From contig JAQGDQ010002369.1 in assembly GCA_030141605.1 (NCBI GenBank), positions 186,001 through 250,000 on the forward strand: 64,000 bases of DNA, in the 5' to 3' direction. The stretch's first letter is position 1; each line of letters starts with the position of its first letter. This stretch comes from Tubiluchus corallicola. Its lineage: Eukaryota > Animalia > Priapulida. The notes under the pieces were generated by a model. It was not told where the DNA came from and did not search any database. It saw only the letters and a program-made list of their open reading frames with translations. Both the position numbers and the translations under genes were made by a program. This document shows, in pieces, positions 40,511 to 50,431 of this stretch.

Positions 40511-41812
40511 TCATTTTTTTGAATTTATTTTTTGTGTGCATTCATCAACAATTTGACCGTCTTTCGTGATCGCTTTATAAGTCAGCTTTTCCCTGCTGAT
40601 TTCTATTAGCCAGAAAAATGCAAGGTGCCCAATTGCTTTGGAGAAGCAGGAGCGGAAGCAAGACTGAATAGGCGTAAAGCGAAGCCTTGGCCCCCATCCA
40701 CCATCACCTAAAAAAAGCGTTCCATTGGGGGATTCTTCTCCTCTTCTTAAAAATTTTGTCCGCTTAAGCGTCTGATCGTGGTGTTCAAAAGCAGCTGTCA
40801 GTTCATATTCGTCAAAAATCGGAAGCCAATATTTTCTGCCCATTGCAGAGGAAGGGGAGAGAAGTTTTTCAATATCATTTCTTTTTCCGCAAAGAGACAA
40901 TAAATGCCTCATAATTCTATAGGATCGGTCCTTTTTAGCAAATCGGACACTTGGATAAATAGGAACATGATAGGTGGCGAGTTTGATAGGGATTTTTTGA
41001 TTATGTTCCATATTTTTTCGAAGCCATCTTTCTTGTACTCCCTGGTGTCTTACCGTATGGCCGCTGTCTAGCACAAAAAGAATAATATTAGCGCCGAATC
41101 GTTTGAGAAAATAACTTTTCCTCTCGAGATTTTGAGGGAAGTATTGAAAAAAGAAGGGAGCATCTTCGGGACACTTCTCGAACCCTCCTACCACTTCATG
41201 ATTCCCAATGGCCAGGACCATAGGTATCAGGCATCCTTCAGGTGTGATCATGTTCTGCGTATAAACGTCGAGCCAGGCATCCCATTTCTCAAAATCCATT
41301 TCACTGAATACCTCTCTGGGATAGTCACCTCCCAATAAGGCTGCATGGGGCCTCGTTTCAGCAGCTTTTTTCGCGATAAGAACAGCATCTTCAGTGACCT
41401 CGAAATCTCCTCCTTCGACGAAGAGGTATTGATCAGATTCATAAGGGATCGTTCGGAATTTCATTTCTTCTGCGTATCCGACCTCTGGAGCACCAGTCGT
41501 AAAATAATAGAGAGTATCATCCTCTAACTCGGTCAACTCGACCTGAAATAAGGTCCTGGTGTTGTCCATGATTGGAGTGCCGGGCGCAGATACATGATAG
41601 AGATATCGTTCCGGGACATTTTGTTGGGAGTCCCGATCATAATAAACGTGCAGACGACTCAGAAGCCCTTCAACGTGGATATTCACGGTGATATTATTGT
41701 GGGTTTCCTCGTCTTTCCATGTAAGGTAGATATGGCGGATCGATGTTTCTGCCTGTAGCAGATACGGGATAGAAAGAAGGATGATTATGAAAGCGCTTTT
41801 TCGAATATGCAT
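40511..41812 (-). CDS. Secreted purple-acid-phosphatase-like metallophosphoesterase with FN3-like N-domain
   Basis: Signal peptide; GGD, GGDY, IGNHE, YHVPIY, FEHHD, LGDGGWG. Confidence 0.8.
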   Translation of the reverse strand: MHIRKSAFIIILLSIPYLLQAETSIRHIYLTWKDEETHNNITVNIHVEGLLSRLHVYYDRDSQQNVPERYLYHVSAPGTPIMDNTRTLFQVELTELEDDTLYYFTTGAPEVGYAEEMKFRTIPYESDQYLFVEGGDFEVTEDAVLIAKKAAETRPHAALLGGDYPREVFSEMDFEKWDAWLDVYTQNMITPEGCLIPMVLAIGNHEVVGGFEKCPEDAPFFFQYFPQNLERKSYFLKRFGANIILFVLDSGHTVRHQGVQERWLRKNMEHNQKIPIKLATYHVPIYPSVRFAKKDRSYRIMRHLLSLCGKRNDIEKLLSPSSAMGRKYWLPIFDEYELTAAFEHHDQTLKRTKFLRRGEESPNGTLFLGDGGWGPRLRFTPIQSCFRSCFSKAIGHLAFFWLIEISREKLTYKAITKDGQIVDECTQKINSKK

Positions 41813-42555
41813 TCAAAAGAGACCTTTTTTCGAAGCTTATCTTTCAGAGGAAAAATAACTTGGGCTTTTTCCCCATCTGAATAGAGAATAGCCTGCTCTA
41901 TTTTTTCAGCTTGCCATCCCTGAAGGGGAAGATCTGAAAGTTGAAAAGATCCTAGTGGAGGTATCATTTGGAGTTTATTTCCATGAAATTCAAGTGAAAA
42001 CGGCCTGCCTAATAGGGCTTTAGCCTCATCGAATTTTCCTTTTTGAATTGCATTTCTTATATGAGTCGAAGAAATTGGAACACCTCTTTTCTCCTTTTTT
42101 GGAAGATAATGGGCAGTAAAATCTAATTCTTTTGCTATTTTTTTGACATTCATTTCATTGCCTTGCCTTTTTTTTCCAAAAACAGCTCCTTTTCCTAATA
42201 CCAAATGGGAGAAGGGAAGTTTTTTATGTAAGTTTTGCAGAAAGAGACGAAAGGATTGCTGGGCAAAATATTTGTTGAAGCTAAAGAGGAAAACAAGGTC
42301 GATGTTGCATTCTTTCAGAAGATTCAGTCTTTGCTCAAGAGTGCAAAGGGGAAAAAGCTTCTTTTCAGGATGAAGAAATGAATAGGGATGGTTCTTATAT
42401 GTAAAAACCACACTTGTTCCTTTTTTCCCTGCTAATCGTCCTAGTTTCTTAAAAAGATGCTGGTGGCCTAAATGCATTCCGTCAAAGGTGCCAAGTGTCA
42501 ACGCGATTGGGGATGGGCAAACGGGGATTTGGTCCAACCTTGTGATGATTTTCAT
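41785..42555 (-). CDS. ribF: FAD synthetase (FMN adenylyltransferase domain); kinase domain reduced
   Basis: GTFDGMHLGH, ISSTHIR, LLGRPFS; no GxPTAN. Confidence 0.8.
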   Translation of the reverse strand: MKIITRLDQIPVCPSPIALTLGTFDGMHLGHQHLFKKLGRLAGKKGTSVVFTYKNHPYSFLHPEKKLFPLCTLEQRLNLLKECNIDLVFLFSFNKYFAQQSFRLFLQNLHKKLPFSHLVLGKGAVFGKKRQGNEMNVKKIAKELDFTAHYLPKKEKRGVPISSTHIRNAIQKGKFDEAKALLGRPFSLEFHGNKLQMIPPLGSFQLSDLPLQGWQAEKIEQAILYSDGEKAQVIFPLKDKLRKKVSFECIFEKALS

Positions 42556-43244
42556 TTTTCCTGTCTTAAATAAGGCATTAGGTCAAATTGATTATTTCTC
42601 ACGTCTGCTTCCTCAATACAGTCTTTCAACTGATAGGGGCCGCTAGAAAGGCGGGTCAATGAAGAGAGATGTCCTCCACATCCGAGAGCATTTCCTATGT
42701 CATTGGCGAGAGACCGGATATACGTTCCTTTGCTGCAGTGAATCTTCAACTCTAAAAAGGGATAATGATACTCGACCTTCTCAATGTCCACTTGAATTTG
42801 GACAGGAGTTCTTTCAATTGTGATTCCCTTACGTGCAAGCTCATAGAGCTTTTTTCCATTCTTCTTTTTCGCAGAGAACATAGGAGGGATTTGCTCTTGT
42901 TTGCCTTGAAATTGTTCGATGATCTGGTCGACTTCAGCCTCAGTAGGAATTTTCTCTGAGGTTTGTGTGACCTTTCCCTCGATATCAAAAGTGTCCGTAC
43001 TTTTGCCTAAATGAATTTTGCCATAATAGGACTTGTCATCAGTTAGAAAAAGATCGGATTTTTTTGTGTAGGTGCGGCCGATCAACATCACCATAACCCC
43101 TGTAGCAAAAGGGTCCAAAGTGCCTGCATGGCCGATTTTGGAGACATTTGTTCGCTTTCTTAGAGCGGTCACCAAACTAAAAGAAGTGGATCCTTTAGCT
43201 TTATTGAGGAGGAGGATCCCTGAAATTTCATTCTTCGTGTTCAT
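42552..43244 (-). CDS. truB: tRNA pseudouridine(55) synthase
   Basis: GHAGTLDPFATG, PPMFSA, CSKGTYIRSL. Confidence 0.95.
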   Translation of the reverse strand: MNTKNEISGILLLNKAKGSTSFSLVTALRKRTNVSKIGHAGTLDPFATGVMVMLIGRTYTKKSDLFLTDDKSYYGKIHLGKSTDTFDIEGKVTQTSEKIPTEAEVDQIIEQFQGKQEQIPPMFSAKKKNGKKLYELARKGITIERTPVQIQVDIEKVEYHYPFLELKIHCSKGTYIRSLANDIGNALGCGGHLSSLTRLSSGPYQLKDCIEEADVRNNQFDLMPYLRQEK

Positions 43245-43611
43245 CGGAATGAGGCCTGGAAAGACGTTCTTGATGAATGTCTCCTAGGATTTTTTCTATT
43301 TTCATATGCTCATCCACAGTTGTGTCGAGCTTGAAAGAAAGAGAAGGAAAGTATCTCAAGACTACTTTTTTCGAAGCTAGAACCCCGATGTATCCTGAAG
43401 CAGAATTCAGGGCTTCAATCGTTTTCTTTTTTTCTTCATCGTTTCCAATGACACTGATGGATACTTTTGCATAGTGCAAGTCGGTTGTGATTTCAACATC
43501 TGTTACAGTTGTGAGAGGATCCACATTTGGATTTCGGACATCATCTCGTATGACTTCGCTGATCACTTCTTTTAAAAGTGAATTGAGCCTCTCTACTCTT
43601 TTTTTCTTCAT
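43228..43611 (-). CDS. rbfA: Ribosome-binding factor A
   Basis: TVTDVE..DL..AKV, LRYFP.L.F..D. Confidence 0.95.
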   Translation of the reverse strand: MKKKRVERLNSLLKEVISEVIRDDVRNPNVDPLTTVTDVEITTDLHYAKVSISVIGNDEEKKKTIEALNSASGYIGVLASKKVVLRYFPSLSFKLDTTVDEHMKIEKILGDIHQERLSRPHSDEHEE

Positions 43612-46028
43612 TAGGATAGTTTTTGTTCTCGATAAGTGATTTCAAATGCTTGAATGCTGTCTCCTTCTTTGTAGTCTTGGAAACCTTCTAGGAGAATTCC
43701 ACATTCCATTCCTTTTTGCACTTCTTTAACATCTTCTTTGACGCGCTTCAAAGAGGCTACTTTACCTTTCCAGATCTCTTCTTTTTCACGAAGCACACGA
43801 ACGTGATGATTTCTTTTGATCGTACCGTCTGTCACGATACAGCCAGCAATGATGCCAAGCTGGGAAGATTTAAAGGTAGCTTTTACGAGAGCAACACCGG
43901 CTTCATTTTCTTCAGCAATTTTATCAAGAAGGCCTCTCATTAATTCTTTTACGTCATCAACTGCGTGGTAAATCACATCATGGAGACGGATATCGACTTT
44001 TTTCTGTTTGATCAGGTTTTCGGCACGAGATTCGACTCTGGTATGAAAACCAATGATGACAGCTTTTGAAGCCGCTGCAAGATCAATATCAGACTCAGAG
44101 ACTTCACCGACTGCTTCATTGACGATTTCAACTCTTGCTTTCTTCGAAGGAATTTTCAAAAGAGAGTTTTTCAAAGCTTCCAAAGAACCTTGTACGTCAG
44201 CCCGAAGAATGACGGGGAGGATTTTCATTTCAGCTTGTTCTTTCGATTGTTGGAGGAAACCTTCCAGCTTGGCAGTTTTAGGCTGCTTTAAAAGCCGGCG
44301 TTCGGTTCCTTCCGCTCGGGCATGGGCCAGCGCACGTGCTTCCTTTTCGTCTTTGACGACAATGAACTCAGATCCAGCGTCGGCAAGTGAGGAGAGTCCC
44401 GTTATTTTTACAGGAGTAGACGGGCCAGCTGTGCTCAAAGGGTTATTATGCTCGTCATGCATGGTCTTGATACGCCCGAATTCATCTCCAAATACGATGG
44501 CATCGCCTTTTACCAGAGTTCCATTCTGGATAAGGACCGTAGCGACGGCTCCCAGGCCTTTATGCATTTGAGATTCCAGGGTAGTTCCACGTGCACGAGC
44601 TTTGGGATTCGCTTTCAATTCTAAAACTTCAGATTGAAGAGCTATCATCTCAAGGAGGTCATTAATCCCCGCACCGCTTGAAGCGGAGCAGTTCACTGTA
44701 ATGAGAGTTCCTCCCCAAGCTTCAGGAAGAAGTTCATTATCGGCAAGTTGCCGGAATACTTTTTGCTCGTCGAAATTTTCTTTGTCTGATTTATTGATCG
44801 CAACGACCATAGGTACTTTGGCTTCTTGGGCTTTCTTGATCGCCTCCAAAGTCTGGTCTCTCAATCCTTCATCTCCAGCAATGACCAATACGACTAGATC
44901 AGTCACATTGGCTCCTCTTTCCCGCATTTCAGAAAACGCTTCGTGACCTGGAGTGTCTAGAATGGTGATCTTTCCAGAAGCTGTTTTCACAACGAATGCA
45001 CCGATGTGCTGAGTGATGGCTCCGGCTTCCAATGCAGTGAGTTCTGATTTTCGAATGGCGTCGATAAGGCTTGTCTTTCCATGATCGACGTGTCCCATGA
45101 AAGTAATGACCGGAGGTCTGAATTCGAGTTTTTCAGCAGGGGTCTCCGCTATTTCTTCACGGATGCTTTTCCCGGTGATCTGGAGTCTTTCTTCTTCAGA
45201 TGTATCGATGGTGATTTCACAACTGAATTCTTGTCCGAGGAGTTGAATGGTTGTTTCATCGTCGAGATAATCGTTTAAGGTGAGGACAATTCCTTGCACA
45301 AAGAGTTTTGAGATCAATTCAGAGGCTTTTAGTTTCATCTCTGAAGCCAGGTCTTTGATCGAAATAGGGATGCGGACTTTGAGATTTTTTGGACGGATGA
45401 TTAATTCTTCCGGAACGTGTCTTTTGACCTTATGATGGCGTCTTCTTCTCCATCCTTCTTCTTCACCGGCCCGAAGCCCTCTTCGGTCTCTGGCGTCAAA
45501 TCCTCGACCCGATTCTTTCTTACGTGCGGCGCGGAAATCCCGGAACTGCTTAAATCCACCTTCTTTAGTCTTCTTGGGTGGTTCTTTTTCAAAAGCCTTT
45601 TCCTTCGGCTTTTCTTTTTCAGCTTCCTTGGGTTTTGCAGCAACTTTTTCTTTCTCAGCCGGTTTTTCCTTTTTCTTTGGAACTTCCTTCGGCTCTTCTT
45701 TTACCTTTTCAACGACCGCTTCTTTTTTTGGCTTCTTAACCTCAGCTTTAGGTTTCTCTTCTACCGGTTTTTTCTCAGCTTTTATAGTTTTAGGTTCTGT
45801 TTCTTCTTTCGCTTCTTCTGGTTTTATTTTCGGGTGCTGTACAATACGAGCTTTTGGTCTTTTAGGCGCTTCTTTTTCTTTGTCTTTATCTAGTGCTTTG
45901 TCGATGACTGGACGAATAGGTTTTTTTCGCGCAGCACTTTTAGGTTTAGAAGCAGCCTTCTTATCCGTTTTCTTCAGCGCTTGAGCGATTTGAGTGTTTT
46001 TAATTTTCAGTTTGAGGTTTTTTACCAA
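43611..46028 (-). CDS. infB: Translation initiation factor IF-2
   Basis: [22 protein letters not shown]. Confidence 0.97.
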   Translation of the reverse strand: MVKNLKLKIKNTQIAQALKKTDKKAASKPKSAARKKPIRPVIDKALDKDKEKEAPKRPKARIVQHPKIKPEEAKEETEPKTIKAEKKPVEEKPKAEVKKPKKEAVVEKVKEEPKEVPKKKEKPAEKEKVAAKPKEAEKEKPKEKAFEKEPPKKTKEGGFKQFRDFRAARKKESGRGFDARDRRGLRAGEEEGWRRRRHHKVKRHVPEELIIRPKNLKVRIPISIKDLASEMKLKASELISKLFVQGIVLTLNDYLDDETTIQLLGQEFSCEITIDTSEEERLQITGKSIREEIAETPAEKLEFRPPVITFMGHVDHGKTSLIDAIRKSELTALEAGAITQHIGAFVVKTASGKITILDTPGHEAFSEMRERGANVTDLVVLVIAGDEGLRDQTLEAIKKAQEAKVPMVVAINKSDKENFDEQKVFRQLADNELLPEAWGGTLITVNCSASSGAGINDLLEMIALQSEVLELKANPKARARGTTLESQMHKGLGAVATVLIQNGTLVKGDAIVFGDEFGRIKTMHDEHNNPLSTAGPSTPVKITGLSSLADAGSEFIVVKDEKEARALAHARAEGTERRLLKQPKTAKLEGFLQQSKEQAEMKILPVILRADVQGSLEALKNSLLKIPSKKARVEIVNEAVGEVSESDIDLAAASKAVIIGFHTRVESRAENLIKQKKVDIRLHDVIYHAVDDVKELMRGLLDKIAEENEAGVALVKATFKSSQLGIIAGCIVTDGTIKRNHHVRVLREKEEIWKGKVASLKRVKEDVKEVQKGMECGILLEGFQDYKEGDSIQAFEITYREQKLS

Positions 46029-46041
46029 GGTTTATACCTAT

Positions 46042-47301
46042 TTATTTTGCTTGTTCTAAAATTTTGTCCGCCACATCGAAGTAATTGAACCCTGGGACGT
46101 TGGAAGTCAATTCCTGAGGAGATGCTTCCGCAACTTTTCGTAAAGTATCGAAACCGGCGCTGATCAATCCATCGACAATCAAGGAACTTACTCCAGGGAT
46201 CTTTAGAGGTTCGTCCAGATCTGGATTTTCCTTTTTCGAGAGGTCTGCCATTTGCAAGGTGACCAGTTTTTGGTATTCACTCATCTTCTGAACTTCAAAT
46301 TCAACATCAAGAAGTTGCCCGATGAGCCGTGCATTCATTCCTTTTTTTCCGATGACGGCTGGATAGTCGTCATCCAATACTACAATTGAAACGGCCTCTG
46401 TAGAAGCCTTGATCTTCTGGATCTCAGCAGGCGCGATTGCATGTTGTAGGAGAGTAATGGAATCTTCAGAGAAGGGAATGATATCAATTTTTTCGTTGTT
46501 GATTTCACGGATGACATTTTTAATCCGGGTTCCGCGAATTCCAACACAAGTTCCGACTGGGTCAACTTTAGGATCTGAAGATTGTACAGAAAGCTTCGTG
46601 CGGTATCCTGCATTACGGACGATTTTCTCGATGGTGACAATTCCGTCTGCCAGTTCGGGAACTTCAAGTGCAAAAAGTTGAGCAACAAACTGAGGGTGGC
46701 TTCTGGAAAGAATGACTTCTGCTCCACCGTTCTCTGTATCCCTGACTTCCAGAAGAAGAGCCTGAAGTTTTTCTCCAGCGTGGAAACGTTCTAGTTTCGG
46801 ATAGAGACGGTCAGGAAGGATCGCTTCAACTTTTCCCAAATCAACAATGATTGTTCTTCCTCGAACAAACCGTTTGATGGTTCCTGAAATGATCTCTCCA
46901 GCACGATGACGGTATTCTTCGTAGATCACATCCCGTTCAGCTCCACGGAGCTTTTGGGTAATGATCTGACGCGCTGCCTGAGCAGCAATACGTCCAAAGT
47001 CCTGTGGAGTGACAGTAATTTCGAGCCACTGGCCGATTTCGCAATTTGGTTCTAGTTCGCGGGCCTCTTCCAGTGAGATTTCTTCTTCGGGATCTTCGAC
47101 ATTTTCAACAATCTGCTTTTGGGTATAGACTTCGATATCACCTGTTTTGGGTTGGATCTGGACAGTGACATTTCCTACATCCTTCACACTCTTGCGAGCT
47201 GCAGTCTGCAAGGAGTCCTCAATCGCGCTGATGACGATCTCTCTTTTGATCCCTTTTTCACGTTCTAAATATTCAAATATGGCAACGAGGTCTTTATTCA
47301 T
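46042..47301 (-). CDS. nusA: Transcription termination/antitermination factor NusA
   Basis: FGRIAAQ, VPE, DPVGTCVG, EKIDII. Confidence 0.97.
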   Translation of the reverse strand: MNKDLVAIFEYLEREKGIKREIVISAIEDSLQTAARKSVKDVGNVTVQIQPKTGDIEVYTQKQIVENVEDPEEEISLEEARELEPNCEIGQWLEITVTPQDFGRIAAQAARQIITQKLRGAERDVIYEEYRHRAGEIISGTIKRFVRGRTIIVDLGKVEAILPDRLYPKLERFHAGEKLQALLLEVRDTENGGAEVILSRSHPQFVAQLFALEVPELADGIVTIEKIVRNAGYRTKLSVQSSDPKVDPVGTCVGIRGTRIKNVIREINNEKIDIIPFSEDSITLLQHAIAPAEIQKIKASTEAVSIVVLDDDYPAVIGKKGMNARLIGQLLDVEFEVQKMSEYQKLVTLQMADLSKKENPDLDEPLKIPGVSSLIVDGLISAGFDTLRKVAEASPQELTSNVPGFNYFDVADKILEQAK

Positions 47302-47381
47302 GTTGGTATAGCCCTATGATAAATATTGAACCGAAGAGTTTTTCTTCGGTTCGTGTTTTTTTGGAGAAGCAAAGGAGAGAA

Positions 47382-49115
47382 TTACTCTTCGTTTTCTTCT
47401 TCTTTCTCTTCCTTTTTGTCCTTTTTGGATTCTACAACAATGTCGTCGTGGCTGTACTGATTCTTTTCGACGAGATATCCTTTGATCGACAAAGCAATTT
47501 TTTTATGTTCAGGATCCAATTTAATGACTTTTGCAGTGATCTCATCTCCAACCGAGACGACATCTTCCACCTTTCCGAAAGGTTGGTCTGAAAGTTCTGT
47601 TACGTGGATCAATGCTTCGATGCCATTCTCCAGCTGGACAAAAGCTCCGAATGCAGTGGTCTTAGTAATCTCACCTTTAACAAGGGAGCCGACAGGCATT
47701 GTCTTTTCAATCGTTTCCCAAGGGTTGCAGCTCAGTTGCTTGATGCCTAGAGTGATCTTCTTGCTTTCTTTGTCGACTGAGAGGATGACAGCTTCCACCT
47801 TGTCGCCCTTTTTGAGAACTTCAGAAGGATGAGAAACTTTTTTGATCCAGCTAAGATCAGAGATATGAATCAGTCCATCTACACCTGGCTCGAGCTCAAC
47901 GAAAGCCCCATAATTAGTGAGGTTCTGGATTTCTGCTGTGACCGTGCTTCCAACTGGGTATTTGTTTTCAACATCTTCCCATGGATTTTTTTCTGTCTGT
48001 TTCATTCCCAAAGAAATTTTTCCATCTTCTTTTTGAATGGAAAGGACAACAGCTTCAACTTCATCGCCAATCTTGACGACTTCGCTAGGGTCTGTGATAT
48101 TTTTAGTCCAGGACATCTCAGAGACGTGGATCAGTCCCTCAATTCCAGGTTCAATCTCAATGAAAGCCCCGTAAGAGACCAGATTGACGATTTTCCCTTT
48201 AATATGTGTGCCCATGGGGTATTTTTTCTCGATTTCTTCCCAAGGATTCTCTTCTTTCTGCTTCAGACCAAGAGCTACTCTTCCTTTATCTTTATCGATA
48301 CTTAGGATCATGACTTCGAGTTCCTGGCCTAGATGGGCCATCTCGGAAGGATGCTTGATGCGCTTCCAGGTCATGTCAGTAATGTGAAGCAGGCCGTCGA
48401 TTCCATCAAGATCGAGGAAGACTCCGAAATCAGTGATGTTTTTCACAACACCCTTGCGAAGATCTCCTTCTTGAATATTGTCGAGGAGCTCCGCTTTTTT
48501 AGAGATTCTTTCTTCTTCCAGGAGCTCTCTTCGGGAAACAACGATATTTTTTCTTTCAATATTGATTTTGAGAATCTTGAAGTCGAACTTTTTGCCGATG
48601 AATTCATCAAGATTTTTAATTCTCTTGTTGTCAATCTGGGAGCCAGGGAGGAATGCTTCCATTCCGATATCGACCATCAGCCCGCCTTTAACCTTGCGGA
48701 TGACTTTTCCTGGAATGATCGATCCTTCCTTGCAGTGTTCCAGGATGTATTCCCATTGACGCTGTTTGCTAGCTTTTTCTTTAGAAAGAACAATCTGGCC
48801 ATCGTGGCCTTCCGCTTTGTCCAAATAGACTTCGACTTCACGGTCTAAAGCAAGCTCTTCAGGATCAGAGAATTCTGAAATAGGAACAAGGCCTTCTGAT
48901 TTGAGGCCAACGTCGATAACGACATGATCTTTAGTAATTTCGACAACGCGTCCTTTTAGGATCTCCCCAGAAGTCATTTGAGCGATGGATCCCTTTTCGG
49001 CTGCATTTTCCTTCCGGTCTAGTAAGTCTCTGAATTCTTTCGCATCGGACTCGCTGTACTCGACATCATCTAGGACGTTGCTTGTGTGATTCCATTCTGA
49101 GGTTTGTTCTGACAT
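47382..49115 (-). CDS. rpsA: 30S ribosomal protein S1
   Basis: Repeated S1 domains (FGVF, YGAF, FGAF; GLIH). Confidence 0.97.
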   Translation of the reverse strand: MSEQTSEWNHTSNVLDDVEYSESDAKEFRDLLDRKENAAEKGSIAQMTSGEILKGRVVEITKDHVVIDVGLKSEGLVPISEFSDPEELALDREVEVYLDKAEGHDGQIVLSKEKASKQRQWEYILEHCKEGSIIPGKVIRKVKGGLMVDIGMEAFLPGSQIDNKRIKNLDEFIGKKFDFKILKINIERKNIVVSRRELLEEERISKKAELLDNIQEGDLRKGVVKNITDFGVFLDLDGIDGLLHITDMTWKRIKHPSEMAHLGQELEVMILSIDKDKGRVALGLKQKEENPWEEIEKKYPMGTHIKGKIVNLVSYGAFIEIEPGIEGLIHVSEMSWTKNITDPSEVVKIGDEVEAVVLSIQKEDGKISLGMKQTEKNPWEDVENKYPVGSTVTAEIQNLTNYGAFVELEPGVDGLIHISDLSWIKKVSHPSEVLKKGDKVEAVILSVDKESKKITLGIKQLSCNPWETIEKTMPVGSLVKGEITKTTAFGAFVQLENGIEALIHVTELSDQPFGKVEDVVSVGDEITAKVIKLDPEHKKIALSIKGYLVEKNQYSHDDIVVESKKDKKEEKEEENEE

Positions 49116-49657
49116 TTAAAGGTTACTCCGGTTACTTGTTAAAGGAAAAAGTCTAACAGAGGATAATCAAAAAAAGCAACTTCTACCTGAATCTTAGGGA
49201 CTCCGACAGCAGATTGGGGAAAACAAAAGAATAAAAAAATCACAAACCAATCTCTTATTAATTCTTTGAAGTTTTCTTTTTTACAAAACACATCAACTGA
49301 ACGTTCTGGAAGTCTTTTGGTTTCTGATTGTTTATCGACTTTATTTTGATCGATTATACATTTTATTTTAGTTTTTAGAAATGAACGGGAATAGCATTTA
49401 GAAAGGAACCTAAATAAGTACGGAGTGATGAAGCTGTAAACTTTTTTTCATAAATTTATGAATTTTTTTTGACATAAATAACCTTAGATATTTAAAAGCG
49501 TAATTTGTAGTTATACCAAAAATTCATACAAAATTTTTTCAAGTATAACTTCAGATTCAACAAAATGAAGACCCTATTTCAAAAAATTGTGGTACAAATG
49601 TTTGTTCAAAATTTAAAAAAAAATAAAAAATAAAACCTGTTGCGAGGTCTAATAATA

Positions 49658-50431
49658 ATGAAACCATTAATCATGAAGTTTGGGGGATCAACAGTTGAAG
49701 ATCCTAACAGTTTTTTAAAAATTGCCAGACGGATTGCAATACAAAAAGAACAAACGGAACGAATTGTCGTTGTAGTAAGCGCGATGAAAAACATGACCGA
49801 TCAATTGATACAGTTAGCGAAGAATGTCCATCCTAATCCTCCAGAAAGAGAACAGGATATGTTGATTTCTGTAGGTGAAAGAATTAGTAGCGCACTATTA
49901 GCCATGGCTCTAAAGAAAAATAATATCGAGGCCATTAGTTTTACGGGAAGCCAGTCCGGCATCATCACATGCTCGCAACATAGCGAAGCGAAAATCATCG
50001 ATGTAAGACCTTGCCGAATTGAAGAAGAGTTATCAGAAAGCAAGGTTGTGATCGTTGCCGGATTTCAGGGAGTAAGTTTAGAGAGGGAAATCACTACACT
50101 GGGAAGAGGTGGGGCGGATACGAGTGCTGTTGCACTTGGGGCTGCTCTAGGATCTCAAAGAGTAGAGTTTTATAAGGATGTTGGTGCTGTATACCGAACC
50201 GATCCTTATAAAGATCCCCATGCGGAGAGATTGGAGCTCCTCAGTTATACAGGAGCGATTGAGATTGCTCAGGTAGGAGGAATATTACATCCCCGGTGCA
50301 TTTCCCTTGCGGAGAAAAATAAAATTGCCTTACACGTACTATCTGTGGACGGGAAGAGGGGCACACAAATTGGAAATGGAAATCGAGGTGAAGTACCAAT
50401 GTACGAATTATCGGAGGAAGAGCTCGGATGA
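49658..50431 (+). CDS. Aspartate kinase catalytic domain without ACT domains
   Basis: KFGGS, VVVVSAM, GERIS, AGFQG, TTLGRGG.DTSA, LHPR. Confidence 0.85.
   Translation: MKPLIMKFGGSTVEDPNSFLKIARRIAIQKEQTERIVVVVSAMKNMTDQLIQLAKNVHPNPPEREQDMLISVGERISSALLAMALKKNNIEAISFTGSQSGIITCSQHSEAKIIDVRPCRIEEELSESKVVIVAGFQGVSLEREITTLGRGGADTSAVALGAALGSQRVEFYKDVGAVYRTDPYKDPHAERLELLSYTGAIEIAQVGGILHPRCISLAEKNKIALHVLSVDGKRGTQIGNGNRGEVPMYELSEEELG

Noticed and set aside
45400-46000. Low-complexity DNA and antisense ORFs in infB
   Set aside because: Ordinary Lys/Glu/Pro-rich IF-2 N-terminus; antisense ORFs are shadows
49116-49657. AT-rich divergent gap as replication origin
   Set aside because: No convincing TTATCCACA-type DnaA boxes; consistent with divergent promoters
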